Of a DNA stretch of 38,811 nucleotides, positions 1 through 8,159 are shown one piece after another. This DNA comes from a virus. Every line of letters begins with the position of its first letter. Position 1 is the first letter of the stretch. The DNA is taken from IMG/VR virus record IMGVR_UViG_3300030294_000092; one strand, 5' to 3'. The notes under the pieces were generated by a model. That model did no database searches, had not been told where the DNA came from, and was given only the letters and a program-made list of their open reading frames with translations. Made by a program: the position numbers and the translations under genes.

Positions 1-127
1 TTCAGGGGCAATCTTCCGCTATCGGGAATGGTACGGAGCGTCAGGGGTTAACAAAGGCCTCGGCTCCACAGCCGATGTTGTTGCCAAAGAAATCCTTAAG
101 CAAGAAGCCGGTGAGCGTATTCGATAC
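1..127. repeat. Terminal overlap: nt 1-127 identical to nt 38685-38811 (circular-contig closure, or a short terminal redundancy)
   Basis: Direct base-by-base comparison of the first and last 127 nt: ttcaggggcaatcttccgc...gagcgtattcgatac is present at both ends. Confidence 0.95.
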
Positions 128-589
128 GCTGTGGCCGACCCTGCTATTTTTATCCGTAACGGCGGGCCTTCTATTGCTGAAAGCATGGCGAGGTGTCGCT
201 GGCGCCGGGCGGACAACAAACGCCTCGCCGGATGGGAAGCCTTGAGGCAGCGGATTGTGGGTGAGCAAGTATTGCAGGAAGTTGAAGGTCAGGAGAAACT
301 AGTCAATATTCCGATGCTCTATGCTGCCCACGAGTGCGAGGACTTCTGGCGCACAATGTCTACCCTCCAGCACGATGAAAAGAACCCTGAAGACCTCGAT
401 ACTGATGGCGAAGACCACATCGCCGATGAAGTCCGTTATGCCGCAATGTCCCGTCCTTGGAAACCCAAACCACTCCTACCCCCAAGAGGCTTGTCTCTCC
501 CGAAGCTACCTGGCGAGTTGACTTTCAACAACCTTGTAGAACGGAATAAGAAGCTTCGAATCGAAAGGGAACTTCACGATGGCTACTGA
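1..589 (+). CDS. terL: Terminase large subunit, C-terminal (nuclease) part. It continues 37762..38811 across the circular junction; the frame enters at nt 2 and unique sequence begins at nt 128.
   Basis: The frame of ORF 131..589 equals the frame of 37762..38811 once the 127-nt duplicate is removed. The C-terminal motif GEDHIADEVRYAAM is typical of terminase nuclease domains. Stop TGA at 587-589. Confidence 0.9.
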   Translation, partial: SGAIFRYREWYGASGVNKGLGSTADVVAKEILKQEAGERIRYAVADPAIFIRNGGPSIAESMARCRWRRADNKRLAGWEALRQRIVGEQVLQEVEGQEKLVNIPMLYAAHECEDFWRTMSTLQHDEKNPEDLDTDGEDHIADEVRYAAMSRPWKPKPLLPPRGLSLPKLPGELTFNNLVERNKKLRIERELHDGY

Positions 590-2696
590 TACAAATACCG
601 ATCCGACGCTGTCGGCAGAGAAGGCCGAAGGGCTTTATAAAGCTTGGAATTCGGCTATTCAAGACGCTCTGGAGAGGGAGAAGGGCTTTCGGAAATCTGG
701 GCAGAAGTGTGTCAATCTCTATGAGGCAAAAGAGCCTGAGAACACTCCTTACTCGATACTTTATTCGAACGTGGAGGTTCTCGGCCCAGCGGTTTACAAC
801 CAAGTCCCTATTCCGATTGTTCAACGGAGGTACAAGGACGCTGACCCTCTCGGGAAGGCTGTGTCTGACGTAGGGACGCGGACACTGAAGTATCTCCTCG
901 AAGCTGAATCTGCCAACTACGATAACTTCGACGCGAATATGCAGGCAGCAGTTCTCGATGGGCTGATTACCAACCGAGGTCTGACTCGGTTCAAGTATGT
1001 CCCTGCCAGCGATCGTGGGCCAGAATGCGTCTATGGGGAAACCGTCCGCTGGGATAAGTTCATCCACGGCTATGCAAGAACTTGGAAGAAAGTCCCCTGG
1101 ATCAGCTTCGAATGGGACATGACGCCAGATGAGGTTCGCCAGAACTTTGAAGGAGTGCCGCTGGACTTCTCCAACCTCGCGGATATGGAAGATGAGCCGA
1201 ATGTATCCGAGTCGAAGCAGCAGCTTAAAGGTGTGAAGCTAATCAAAGTCTGGGAAGTCTGGGATAAGCGTACTCGGAAGGTAATGTTCTTCTCGGCTTG
1301 CAATACCAAAGGCCCATTGAAGGTTGTAGACGATCCTCTAAACCTCCGAGGCTTTCTCCCTGTCCCTCAGCCACTGAACTTCATGCGGAAGGTGACTACG
1401 CTGACGCCCACCCCGCTTTACGAGCACTATCGTCAGCAGGCTTCAGAACTGAACGAGATCACCAATCGGTTGAAGGCGATCATCAAAGCCATCAAATACC
1501 GAGGGGCCTACAACTCCGCTGTCGAGGGCATTGAGAAGATGCTCAGCGCGGAGGACAACGAACTGGTTCCAGTCGAGAATGTCCAGTCCATGCCAGACGG
1601 GACTTCAATGGATAAACTCCTCTGGATTGTTCCGGTGCAAGATCTTGCCACCACAGCCCAGACGCTTTACCAGCAGCGGGAACAGGTGAAGCAGGTTATC
1701 TACGAGATCACGGGGATCAGCGATATTCTCCGAGGGTCGTCGACAGCTTCCGAAACTGCCACTGCCCAGAATATCAAAAACCAGTGGGGCACTCTGCGAC
1801 TGAAGAAGATGCAGAAGGAAGTTCAACGCTATTGCCGTGATGCTCTTTCAATCATGCTGGAAATTGCCGGGGGAAAGTTTGTGCAGAAGACACTGCAGCA
1901 AATGACTGGAGCGGCATATCTGACCAAAGAGCAGAAGATGCAGTTGACGCAGGGTATCCAGCAGCAGCAAATGATGGCGCAGCAACAAGCGGCCCGCCAG
2001 CCTCAGGGACAGCCTGCCCAACAACCACAACCTCCTCAGATTCCTCCCGAAATCCAGCAGGCTCTCAAGGAACCAACTTGGGAAGATATCATGGGGTTGC
2101 TGCAAAATGATATTCTGCTCAACTACAAGACCGATGTGGAGACGAACTCAACGATTGATGCAGAGGCTTCGCAGGACAAGCAAGACATTTCCGAGCTGCT
2201 CAATGCATTGTCGCAGTTCCTCAATGGGCTGGCTCCCTTGGTGCAGCAGGGAACGCTTTCGATCGACGTTGCAAAGTCGATGTTGCTGGTGATCTGTCGG
2301 AGATATAACTTCGGAAGTCAGCTGGAAGATGCTCTGGATTCAATGCAGCAGCCGAAGCCCCAGGATGATGGCAAAGCCGCTGATAGCCAAGCTAAGCTTC
2401 AGATTGTTCAGGCTCAGGCGCAAACAGCTCAGCAACAGGCACAGCTTGATCAGCAGAAAATGCAGCAAGAGATGCAGATTGCTCAAGCCGAGTTCCGGCA
2501 GAAAATGCAACTGATGCAGATGGAAATGCAAGTGGCTCAGCAAGAGCTTCAGATCAAGCAGCAAGAACTCCAAATGCAGGAACGAGCGGTGGGCATGAAA
2601 CTCCAAGCTCAGACTGTGGCTCACCAGCAAAAGCTTGCCCAGTTGAGCGCCCAGCAAGAAGCTAAGGAAAAGGAACCCGCCAATGCTTCTGATTAA
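579..2696 (+). CDS. Portal protein (705 aa) with a long Gln/Ala-rich C-terminal coiled coil
   Basis: Overlaps the terL stop by 11 nt. AAGGGA RBS. Size and position immediately after terL fit a portal. The C-terminal ~110 aa form a heptad-like Q/A/M/L-rich helix reminiscent of the P22 portal barrel. Assignment is by synteny and size. Confidence 0.8.
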   Translation: MATDTNTDPTLSAEKAEGLYKAWNSAIQDALEREKGFRKSGQKCVNLYEAKEPENTPYSILYSNVEVLGPAVYNQVPIPIVQRRYKDADPLGKAVSDVGTRTLKYLLEAESANYDNFDANMQAAVLDGLITNRGLTRFKYVPASDRGPECVYGETVRWDKFIHGYARTWKKVPWISFEWDMTPDEVRQNFEGVPLDFSNLADMEDEPNVSESKQQLKGVKLIKVWEVWDKRTRKVMFFSACNTKGPLKVVDDPLNLRGFLPVPQPLNFMRKVTTLTPTPLYEHYRQQASELNEITNRLKAIIKAIKYRGAYNSAVEGIEKMLSAEDNELVPVENVQSMPDGTSMDKLLWIVPVQDLATTAQTLYQQREQVKQVIYEITGISDILRGSSTASETATAQNIKNQWGTLRLKKMQKEVQRYCRDALSIMLEIAGGKFVQKTLQQMTGAAYLTKEQKMQLTQGIQQQQMMAQQQAARQPQGQPAQQPQPPQIPPEIQQALKEPTWEDIMGLLQNDILLNYKTDVETNSTIDAEASQDKQDISELLNALSQFLNGLAPLVQQGTLSIDVAKSMLLVICRRYNFGSQLEDALDSMQQPKPQDDGKAADSQAKLQIVQAQAQTAQQQAQLDQQKMQQEMQIAQAEFRQKMQLMQMEMQVAQQELQIKQQELQMQERAVGMKLQAQTVAHQQKLAQLSAQQEAKEKEPANASD

Positions 2697-3084
2697 ATAC
2701 CTCACCATCCACTGTGCTGCCACTCCCGAAGGCCGTGATGTTTCTCCTGATACCGTCGCCCAGTGGGACATTGCTCGCTTCGGGCAAGAGAGTTATCACT
2801 GGATCGTGGATTTATCAGGGAATGCCCACCGAAGGTTGTCGGACAAGACTAAAGGCGCGCATGTTGCTGGGGCTAACACTGGCAACATCGGAGTCTGCTA
2901 CATCGGAGGGGTTGATTCAAAGAACAAGCCAAAAGACACTCGGATGAAAGCTCAAGTCGAAACCCTTCGCAAGATCGTTGAGCAATACAAGCGAGACTAC
3001 CCTGGCATCATCGTCCGTGGGCATCGTGACTGGCCGAAGGTGGCTAAGGCCTGCCCATCGTTTGACGTAGCTACTGAACTCTAA
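2683..3084 (+). CDS. N-acetylmuramoyl-L-alanine amidase (Amidase_2/PGRP fold, T7-lysozyme-like endolysin)
   Basis: The translation LTIHCAATPEG...YHWIVDLSG...GAHVAGANTGNIGVCYIGG...VRGHRDW...KACPSFD matches the Zn-amidase layout of T7 gp3.5-type lysozymes. RBS AAGGAA. Overlaps the portal by 14 nt. Confidence 0.85.
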   Translation: MLLIKYLTIHCAATPEGRDVSPDTVAQWDIARFGQESYHWIVDLSGNAHRRLSDKTKGAHVAGANTGNIGVCYIGGVDSKNKPKDTRMKAQVETLRKIVEQYKRDYPGIIVRGHRDWPKVAKACPSFDVATEL

Positions 3085-3101
3085 CCCTAGGAACCCTGCC
3101 G

Positions 3102-3512
3102 ATGCCTCTGTATGACTTCCTCTGCGCCGAAGGTCACCCCTTCGAACGTATGGTGCCTCTCGCCAATTTCTCAGACACCCAACATTGCGCTTGCTCGGCT
3201 CCGGCAACCCGTGTCATTTCTGCCCCTATGTTCACGGTGGATCAGACTGACTACACCTGCCCTATCACAGGGAATTGGATCGGGTCAAAGGCTGCCCATC
3301 GGGAAAATCTGGCCAAGCACAGTTGCAGGGTTTTGGAAGGCGGGGAGAAGGAAGCTGCGGCGGCTTTTCGCCAGAAGCAAGACGAAGCCCTGGACAAGGC
3401 TATTGAAACTACCGTGGAGAAGTCGATCGAGGCTATGCCAAGTGCTAAGAAAGAACAGCTTCATAATGAACTGATCAATGGCGGGCTGACCGCTGAAGTT
3501 ACAAGGGGTTAA
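3102..3512 (+). CDS. Hypothetical protein with a degenerate FmdB-like zinc-ribbon N-terminus
   Basis: The N-terminus MPLYDFLCAEGHPFERMV...HCACSAPATRVISAP resembles the FmdB/CxxC_CxxC_SSSS pattern (MPxYxYxCxxCGxxFE...CPxCG), but the second Cys of each knuckle is lost or shifted. AGGAA RBS. Confidence 0.6.
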   Translation: MPLYDFLCAEGHPFERMVPLANFSDTQHCACSAPATRVISAPMFTVDQTDYTCPITGNWIGSKAAHRENLAKHSCRVLEGGEKEAAAAFRQKQDEALDKAIETTVEKSIEAMPSAKKEQLHNELINGGLTAEVTRG

Positions 3513-3515
3513 ATC

Positions 3516-3917
3516 ATGGCTGACCAACTTCCTCTGCTTGATCGTATTCAGCAAACACTGGAAAATGCTATGGCTGCTATGAGAGGGCCTACAGCGGAAC
3601 AGCAAAAAGCCCATCAGCAGGGAATGGCTCATATGGGCGGAGATGCTGGCCGACTCCCTGAGGATAATAACGATGCTTGGAATTCTTATTTTCTCTTTAA
3701 GCAGCTTCCTGATGGTGATCCCCGCAAACTTTCAGCTGCGCAAGCTTACATCCAGCGGCAAAATGCCGCAACTGGTATGGGGGGCAGTAATGGGCAGCCT
3801 CGACTAGACCAGTTGCCGCAAGGAAGTGACGCAGCTAGAGCTAACGATGGGAGTAATCTTCGCCCAGACGACGCTCTGGCTTATATCCAAAAATATGGCC
3901 AATCTTACGGTCGCTAA
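3516..3917 (+). CDS. Hypothetical protein (133 aa) in the head module
   Basis: ATG with AAGGGG RBS, tightly packed between neighbours, same strand and coding style. No motif recognised. Confidence 0.65.
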   Translation: MADQLPLLDRIQQTLENAMAAMRGPTAEQQKAHQQGMAHMGGDAGRLPEDNNDAWNSYFLFKQLPDGDPRKLSAAQAYIQRQNAATGMGGSNGQPRLDQLPQGSDAARANDGSNLRPDDALAYIQKYGQSYGR

Positions 3918-3918
3918 G

Positions 3919-3937
3919 CTTTAACCCCTGCCAAGGA
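3919..3937 (+). promoter_or_regulatory. Conserved 19-nt leader CTTTAACCCCTGCCAAGGA (copy 1), ending in the SD of the scaffold gene
   Basis: Identical 19-mer at 6816-6834. The core CCCCTGCCA is also found at 35805-35813, 36222-36230 and, on the - strand, 26231-26239. Confidence 0.4.
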
Positions 3938-3944
3938 ACCCCTC

Positions 3945-4970
3945 ATGCCTAATCCTCTTGTCGAAGATCTCGAAATCGACACCACAGCGGCTTTAGCCGA
4001 TATTTCCTCTGACCTCTTCGGGCAGGGGGAGAGCAGCGGTGATACTGTGGTGGCGAAGGGAGAGGGGATTGTTCCAGCTGAATCCTCGCCAGCTGTTGAG
4101 CAGTCCCCTCTCCCGAATGGGGCTGAGAAAACTGCTGAAGAAACCTCGACCGAGGTGCAGGCAATCGGCGCACCGAAGACTTGGACCAAAGGTGCCCTCG
4201 AAAAGTGGGCTACCCTTGATCCAGTCATCCAAGCTGAAGTTGCCAAGCGTGAAGAAGACTTCATGCGAGGAATTAGCCAATATAAGCAAGGGGCTGAACT
4301 CGGTCAGCGCTATAATGCTGTCGTCGAACCCTTTGCCCCGATGCTGCAGGCCGAGAACATCGACCCTGTTCAGCTCTTTCAATCTTTTGCCGCGAATCAC
4401 TATCTCCTGAGCCGAGGCACCCCTCAGCAGAAGATCGAACTTGCTGCAAATCTTATCCAAGGCTATGGGGTCGATCTCAACTCCCTCATAACCCACATTG
4501 GCGAAGCATCTTTCGCCCCCACAGATCCTCGTGTGCAAGCCCTTGAACAAGAGCTTAACACGCTGAAACAGGGCTTCCAATCCCGCCAACAGCAGGAAGT
4601 TGAAGCTCAAAAGGCCGGTCTCAGTTCTGAGATTGATGCCTTTGTCCAAAACCCAGCCAACCCTTACGCGGCAGAACTGCTAGAAGACATGGCAGAACTG
4701 TTCGCTTCTGGGAAAGCCAACACCCTCCAGCAAGCTTATGACCAAGCCATTTGGATGAACCCAGCAACCCGAGGGAAGGAATTGGAACGGCAGAAAGCCG
4801 AAGCCCTTTCCTCCACAACCTCGGCTGGCCAAGTTCGTCAACAACAGATCGCTCGGGCAACAGCTGCTGATGTGAACCTCGATCCAAAGTCACGTAACGG
4901 AACGGTTCCGCTTGGCTCAATCGACGACACTCTCGCTGAAACTCTCGCGCGCATTTCTGCTCGCGGGTAA
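3945..4970 (+). CDS. Putative scaffolding protein (341 aa)
   Basis: Acidic, helix-prone, Q/E/A-rich protein encoded directly upstream of the major capsid gene. Call is by position only. Confidence 0.55.
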   Translation: MPNPLVEDLEIDTTAALADISSDLFGQGESSGDTVVAKGEGIVPAESSPAVEQSPLPNGAEKTAEETSTEVQAIGAPKTWTKGALEKWATLDPVIQAEVAKREEDFMRGISQYKQGAELGQRYNAVVEPFAPMLQAENIDPVQLFQSFAANHYLLSRGTPQQKIELAANLIQGYGVDLNSLITHIGEASFAPTDPRVQALEQELNTLKQGFQSRQQQEVEAQKAGLSSEIDAFVQNPANPYAAELLEDMAELFASGKANTLQQAYDQAIWMNPATRGKELERQKAEALSSTTSAGQVRQQQIARATAADVNLDPKSRNGTVPLGSIDDTLAETLARISARG

Positions 4971-4989
4971 CTTTTGAAAGGTTAGAACA

Positions 4990-5973
4990 ATGGCTACTCC
5001 TAGTTCCACCTTCACCGAGCTGGTCGCTACTACCTGGCGGAACCACTCGAAAGATGTGAAGGACAACATCTCGCGTAATAACGCGCTTTACAATCGCATC
5101 ACCTCGAAGGGCCAAGTCCGTCTCGAAGACGGCGGTTTGACGATTGCCCAGCCTCTGGACTACAACTCGAACGGGACATATCAGCGCTATTCGGGTTACG
5201 ATGTGCTGAATATCCAGCAGTCGGACGTGATCACCGCGGCTGAGTATCAGTGGCGCCAGATTGCTCTGAACGTCGTGGCTTCGGGGCTTGAACTCCGCAC
5301 GAACTCTGGCTCGAACGCGATTGTGAAGCTGGCCAAGGCCCGTATCAAGAACGCGATGCGGACTTTCAAGAATAACTTCAGCTACGATCTGTACGCTGAT
5401 GGCACGCTTCCGAACCAGATCGGCGGGCTTCAAGCCCTCGTCTCCGACACCGGCACTGGCACCGTTGGGGGTATCGACTCCTCGGCTTGGTCGTTCTGGC
5501 AGTCGGTTGTGCAATCGGCAGCTGCTCCAATCCAAGGCGGGGGCGCCGTCACCCCCTCAGCCACCACGATGGAAACCAGCTTGATGCTGCCTCTGTGGTT
5601 GAACCAGGTTCGCGGCGATGACAAGCCTGACCTGATCGTGGCGTCGAATGACTACTTCAGCTTCTATGAAGCAAGCCAGGTCAGTCTGAAGCGCTATACT
5701 GGCTCTGATGACTCGGGTTCGATCAACGGCGGCTTCACTTCGCTGAAATACAAGACCGCTGATGTGATCTTCGACGGCGGTTCGGGTATCCCTTCGAGCC
5801 ATATGTATTTCCTGAACACGGATTACATGGACCTCGTGGTTCACAAGGACGCCAACCTCTCGGTGCAGGAAGACCTCAAGCCCTATAACCAAGATGCCAC
5901 GGTTATCCCCGTGCTCTGGATGGGTAACTTGGTTTGCACCAATCGCCGGCTTCAGGCTGTTTTGAAGGCCTAA
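4990..5973 (+). CDS. Major capsid protein (327 aa, presumably HK97 fold)
   Basis: Position after portal and scaffold, typical size, GAAAGG RBS, followed by a hairpin. The N-terminal TFTELVATTWRNHSK...NALYNRI pattern resembles podovirus capsid proteins, from memory only. Confidence 0.75.
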   Translation: MATPSSTFTELVATTWRNHSKDVKDNISRNNALYNRITSKGQVRLEDGGLTIAQPLDYNSNGTYQRYSGYDVLNIQQSDVITAAEYQWRQIALNVVASGLELRTNSGSNAIVKLAKARIKNAMRTFKNNFSYDLYADGTLPNQIGGLQALVSDTGTGTVGGIDSSAWSFWQSVVQSAAAPIQGGGAVTPSATTMETSLMLPLWLNQVRGDDKPDLIVASNDYFSFYEASQVSLKRYTGSDDSGSINGGFTSLKYKTADVIFDGGSGIPSSHMYFLNTDYMDLVVHKDANLSVQEDLKPYNQDATVIPVLWMGNLVCTNRRLQAVLKA

Positions 5974-5978
5974 TTTAG

Positions 5979-6012
5979 TCTACGGAGTTTTGAACCCTCA
6001 ACTCTCCGTAGA
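5979..6012 (+). terminator. Hairpin after the capsid gene (possible attenuating terminator or RNA-stabilising stem)
   Basis: tctacggag (5979-5987) pairs with ctccgtaga (6004-6012). It is followed by tttcac, a weak U-tract. Confidence 0.45.
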
Positions 6013-6032
6013 TTTCACGAAAGGATAAACCA

Positions 6033-6758
6033 ATGAGTGCGGCTTCTCTGAGCATCGTCGGTAATCAACAGGTTGCTTTCTACGGCCTTCCCGACACTAC
6101 CCAGCGTCATGCACTGGGCACTACGATTACCCTGGGAGACCCCTACTGGGGGGGTTTTGAAGCCATCTATGTCTATTCAACTGGCACGATCCGGCAGGGT
6201 GGCATCATCACCATCACACCGACGTTTCAGACGAACAAGTGGCGCTGGGATGCGGCGGAAGTTCCGAACACTGCCAACCTTGGCAAGTCGGTCTATGTCG
6301 CGCCGGTTTCCTCGACGGCGGGCCAGTATTTCTGGGCCATCAACTATGGTATTGTGCCGGTAAACTGCACGGCTTCGGTTGCGGCAGACACCGCGTTTGG
6401 TATCGTGGCGGCCGGTCAGGGTGGTGCAATTGCGAATGGCAAGCAAGTCCTCAATGCTCGGGTTATTGCCCCTGCTACGACGACTGTTGCCAAGACCAAC
6501 TGCACGGCAAACAGCGGTTCCACGCGGTTGTCTGTCCCCAGCGTCGATGGCTGGTTCGCTGGGGCGTATCTCAGCGGCACCGGCATCGCGGCTCTGACCA
6601 CGGTTACGGATATCGACCCCAGCGGCAACATCGTCACCTTGTCGGTGGCTACGACCGCAGCGGTGACCGGCACTGTCACCGCAACCTACAATAATGCAAC
6701 GGTTTACTACAACCTTGCATTCATCGACCGCCCGTTGGCTCAGGGTCAGGTGACCTAA
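6033..6758 (+). CDS. Hypothetical virion protein (241 aa), possibly a capsid decoration/cement protein
   Basis: AAAGGA RBS. Lies immediately downstream of the capsid gene and is followed by a strong terminator. Rich in G/A/T/V, suggesting beta structure. Function is inferred from position only. Confidence 0.6.
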   Translation: MSAASLSIVGNQQVAFYGLPDTTQRHALGTTITLGDPYWGGFEAIYVYSTGTIRQGGIITITPTFQTNKWRWDAAEVPNTANLGKSVYVAPVSSTAGQYFWAINYGIVPVNCTASVAADTAFGIVAAGQGGAIANGKQVLNARVIAPATTTVAKTNCTANSGSTRLSVPSVDGWFAGAYLSGTGIAALTTVTDIDPSGNIVTLSVATTAAVTGTVTATYNNATVYYNLAFIDRPLAQGQVT

Positions 6759-6772
6759 TCCAGCGAGATGGT

Positions 6773-6819
6773 GCTGCTCGGGGGTTGCCATCCACGGTTC
6801 CCCCGAGCAGCTTTTCTTT
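6773..6819 (+). terminator. Rho-independent terminator
   Basis: A 12-bp perfect stem, gctgctcggggg (6773-6784) with cccccgagcagc (6800-6811), followed by ttttcttt. Confidence 0.85.
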
Positions 6820-6834
6820 AACCCCTGCCAAGGA
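6816..6834 (+). promoter_or_regulatory. Conserved 19-nt leader CTTTAACCCCTGCCAAGGA (copy 2)
   Basis: Identical to 3919-3937. It overlaps the terminator U-tract and ends in the SD of the 6843 gene. Confidence 0.4.
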
Positions 6835-6842
6835 TTTGAACT

Positions 6843-7436
6843 ATGTCGGAAATTCCCAAGCCCCCGTTTGTTACCTTCGAAACCCGAGCGGTTGAAGATC
6901 GCAATGCTTCAATCGAAGCAGGGCACTTCGTTGCCAAGGATGTGCACTTCGCTCTGATCACTCCAGCAGGATCGAAGGATCGGATTGAGAAGGTCGCCAC
7001 GGATTGGCTGAAGGATTTGGCTGAGGCAGTTCATCAAGAGCGGTTTCCAGCGGAGTGGCTCGATGCCTATACTCGGCGGTATAAGTCCTGGATGGAAGCT
7101 CGGGAACTGCCCGAGGATGGTTCGCCGATTGTGAACTGGCCAGCGCTTTCCCCGGCACAGGTGAAGATGCTCCTTGATCTGAATATCCGGACTGTGGAGC
7201 AGTTGGCTGAAGCCACGGAAGAAGCTCTTTCCCACATCGGCATGGGTTCGCGGGCACTGAAGTCGAAAGCCCAAGCATGGCTGGATAGTTCCAAGGGTGA
7301 TGGTAAGGTCTCTGCCGAACTCGATCAACTGCGTCAGGCAAATGAGGAGCTGAAAACTCGGGATACCGAGCGGGAAGAGCAGTTTGCTGCCATGCAAAAA
7401 CAGATCATCGCGTTGCAGCAGGCTCAGAAGAAGTAA
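6843..7436 (+). CDS. Hypothetical protein (197 aa) with a possible helix-hairpin-helix segment and a C-terminal coiled coil
   Basis: AAGGA RBS. The segment LNIRTVEQLAEATEEALSHIGMG looks HhH-like. The C-terminus is rich in E/Q/K heptads. Confidence 0.6.
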   Translation: MSEIPKPPFVTFETRAVEDRNASIEAGHFVAKDVHFALITPAGSKDRIEKVATDWLKDLAEAVHQERFPAEWLDAYTRRYKSWMEARELPEDGSPIVNWPALSPAQVKMLLDLNIRTVEQLAEATEEALSHIGMGSRALKSKAQAWLDSSKGDGKVSAELDQLRQANEELKTRDTEREEQFAAMQKQIIALQQAQKK

Positions 7437-7445
7437 GGAACTCTC

Positions 7446-8159
7446 ATGTCGGCACTTTCAATCATTCAAGACCATTGTCGTATTCATGCTCTGAATATCC
7501 CTGCGTCAGTGGTTGGAAGCGCTGACGCAGGGGTGCAGCAACTATTCGGGATTTTGAATGAACTTCTTGACGAGGTGGTGACTGAATCGAAGTTTAATGT
7601 CACAACGCAAGAAGCGGTATTTACGGCTATTGCTGCCGAAGATCAAGGGGCTTTGACTACAATCGCTCCAAATGGGTATCAGGCAATTATCTTCGAGACC
7701 TTCTATGATCGGACTTTAAAGCGTCCGATGTATGGCCCGTTGGATGAAACTGCTTGGCAGCAGATCAAAGCCCTGCCAAATCCGGGCCCATTTTATAAAT
7801 ACCGAATTCGTGGAGATCATCTGCTTATCAACCCAGTTCCAGCAGCTCCTCTAAGCATCTTAGCTTTCGAGTATATGAGTAGCTGGGCAGTGGTTTCGGC
7901 AGCTGGAGCGGCGAAACAAGCCATTACGGTCGATACGGATACTTTCGTCTTTCCTGATCGGATTTTGCGCCGAGGGCTGTCTGCCCGCTGGAAGCAGATT
8001 AAAGGCCTGCCTTACCAGTTCGACGAGGCTCAGTATTATAATCTGCTGAACAACTATATTGCTCGGGATAAGGTCAAGCGCCGGATTAATGTGGCCCATC
8101 CGGCGCCGACGGATATTCAACCTGGGATTTTTGTACCCTCTGGTAACTGGAACGTCTAA
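7446..8159 (+). CDS. Hypothetical virion protein (237 aa), a candidate head-to-tail adaptor
   Basis: AAGGA RBS. Its position before the large hub-like protein parallels P22 gp4 / T7 gp11. No motif recognised. Confidence 0.5.
   Translation: MSALSIIQDHCRIHALNIPASVVGSADAGVQQLFGILNELLDEVVTESKFNVTTQEAVFTAIAAEDQGALTTIAPNGYQAIIFETFYDRTLKRPMYGPLDETAWQQIKALPNPGPFYKYRIRGDHLLINPVPAAPLSILAFEYMSSWAVVSAAGAAKQAITVDTDTFVFPDRILRRGLSARWKQIKGLPYQFDEAQYYNLLNNYIARDKVKRRINVAHPAPTDIQPGIFVPSGNWNV

Noticed and set aside
3993-5535. - strand ORFs 3993-4649 (218 aa) and 4621-5535 (304 aa) opposite the scaffold and capsid genes
   Set aside because: They lie in a uniformly + strand, translationally coupled late operon. 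They have no RBS and low-complexity translations. The same reasoning applies to 525-1067, 6177-6791, 10433-11023, 12029-12424 and 14066-14719 on the - strand.
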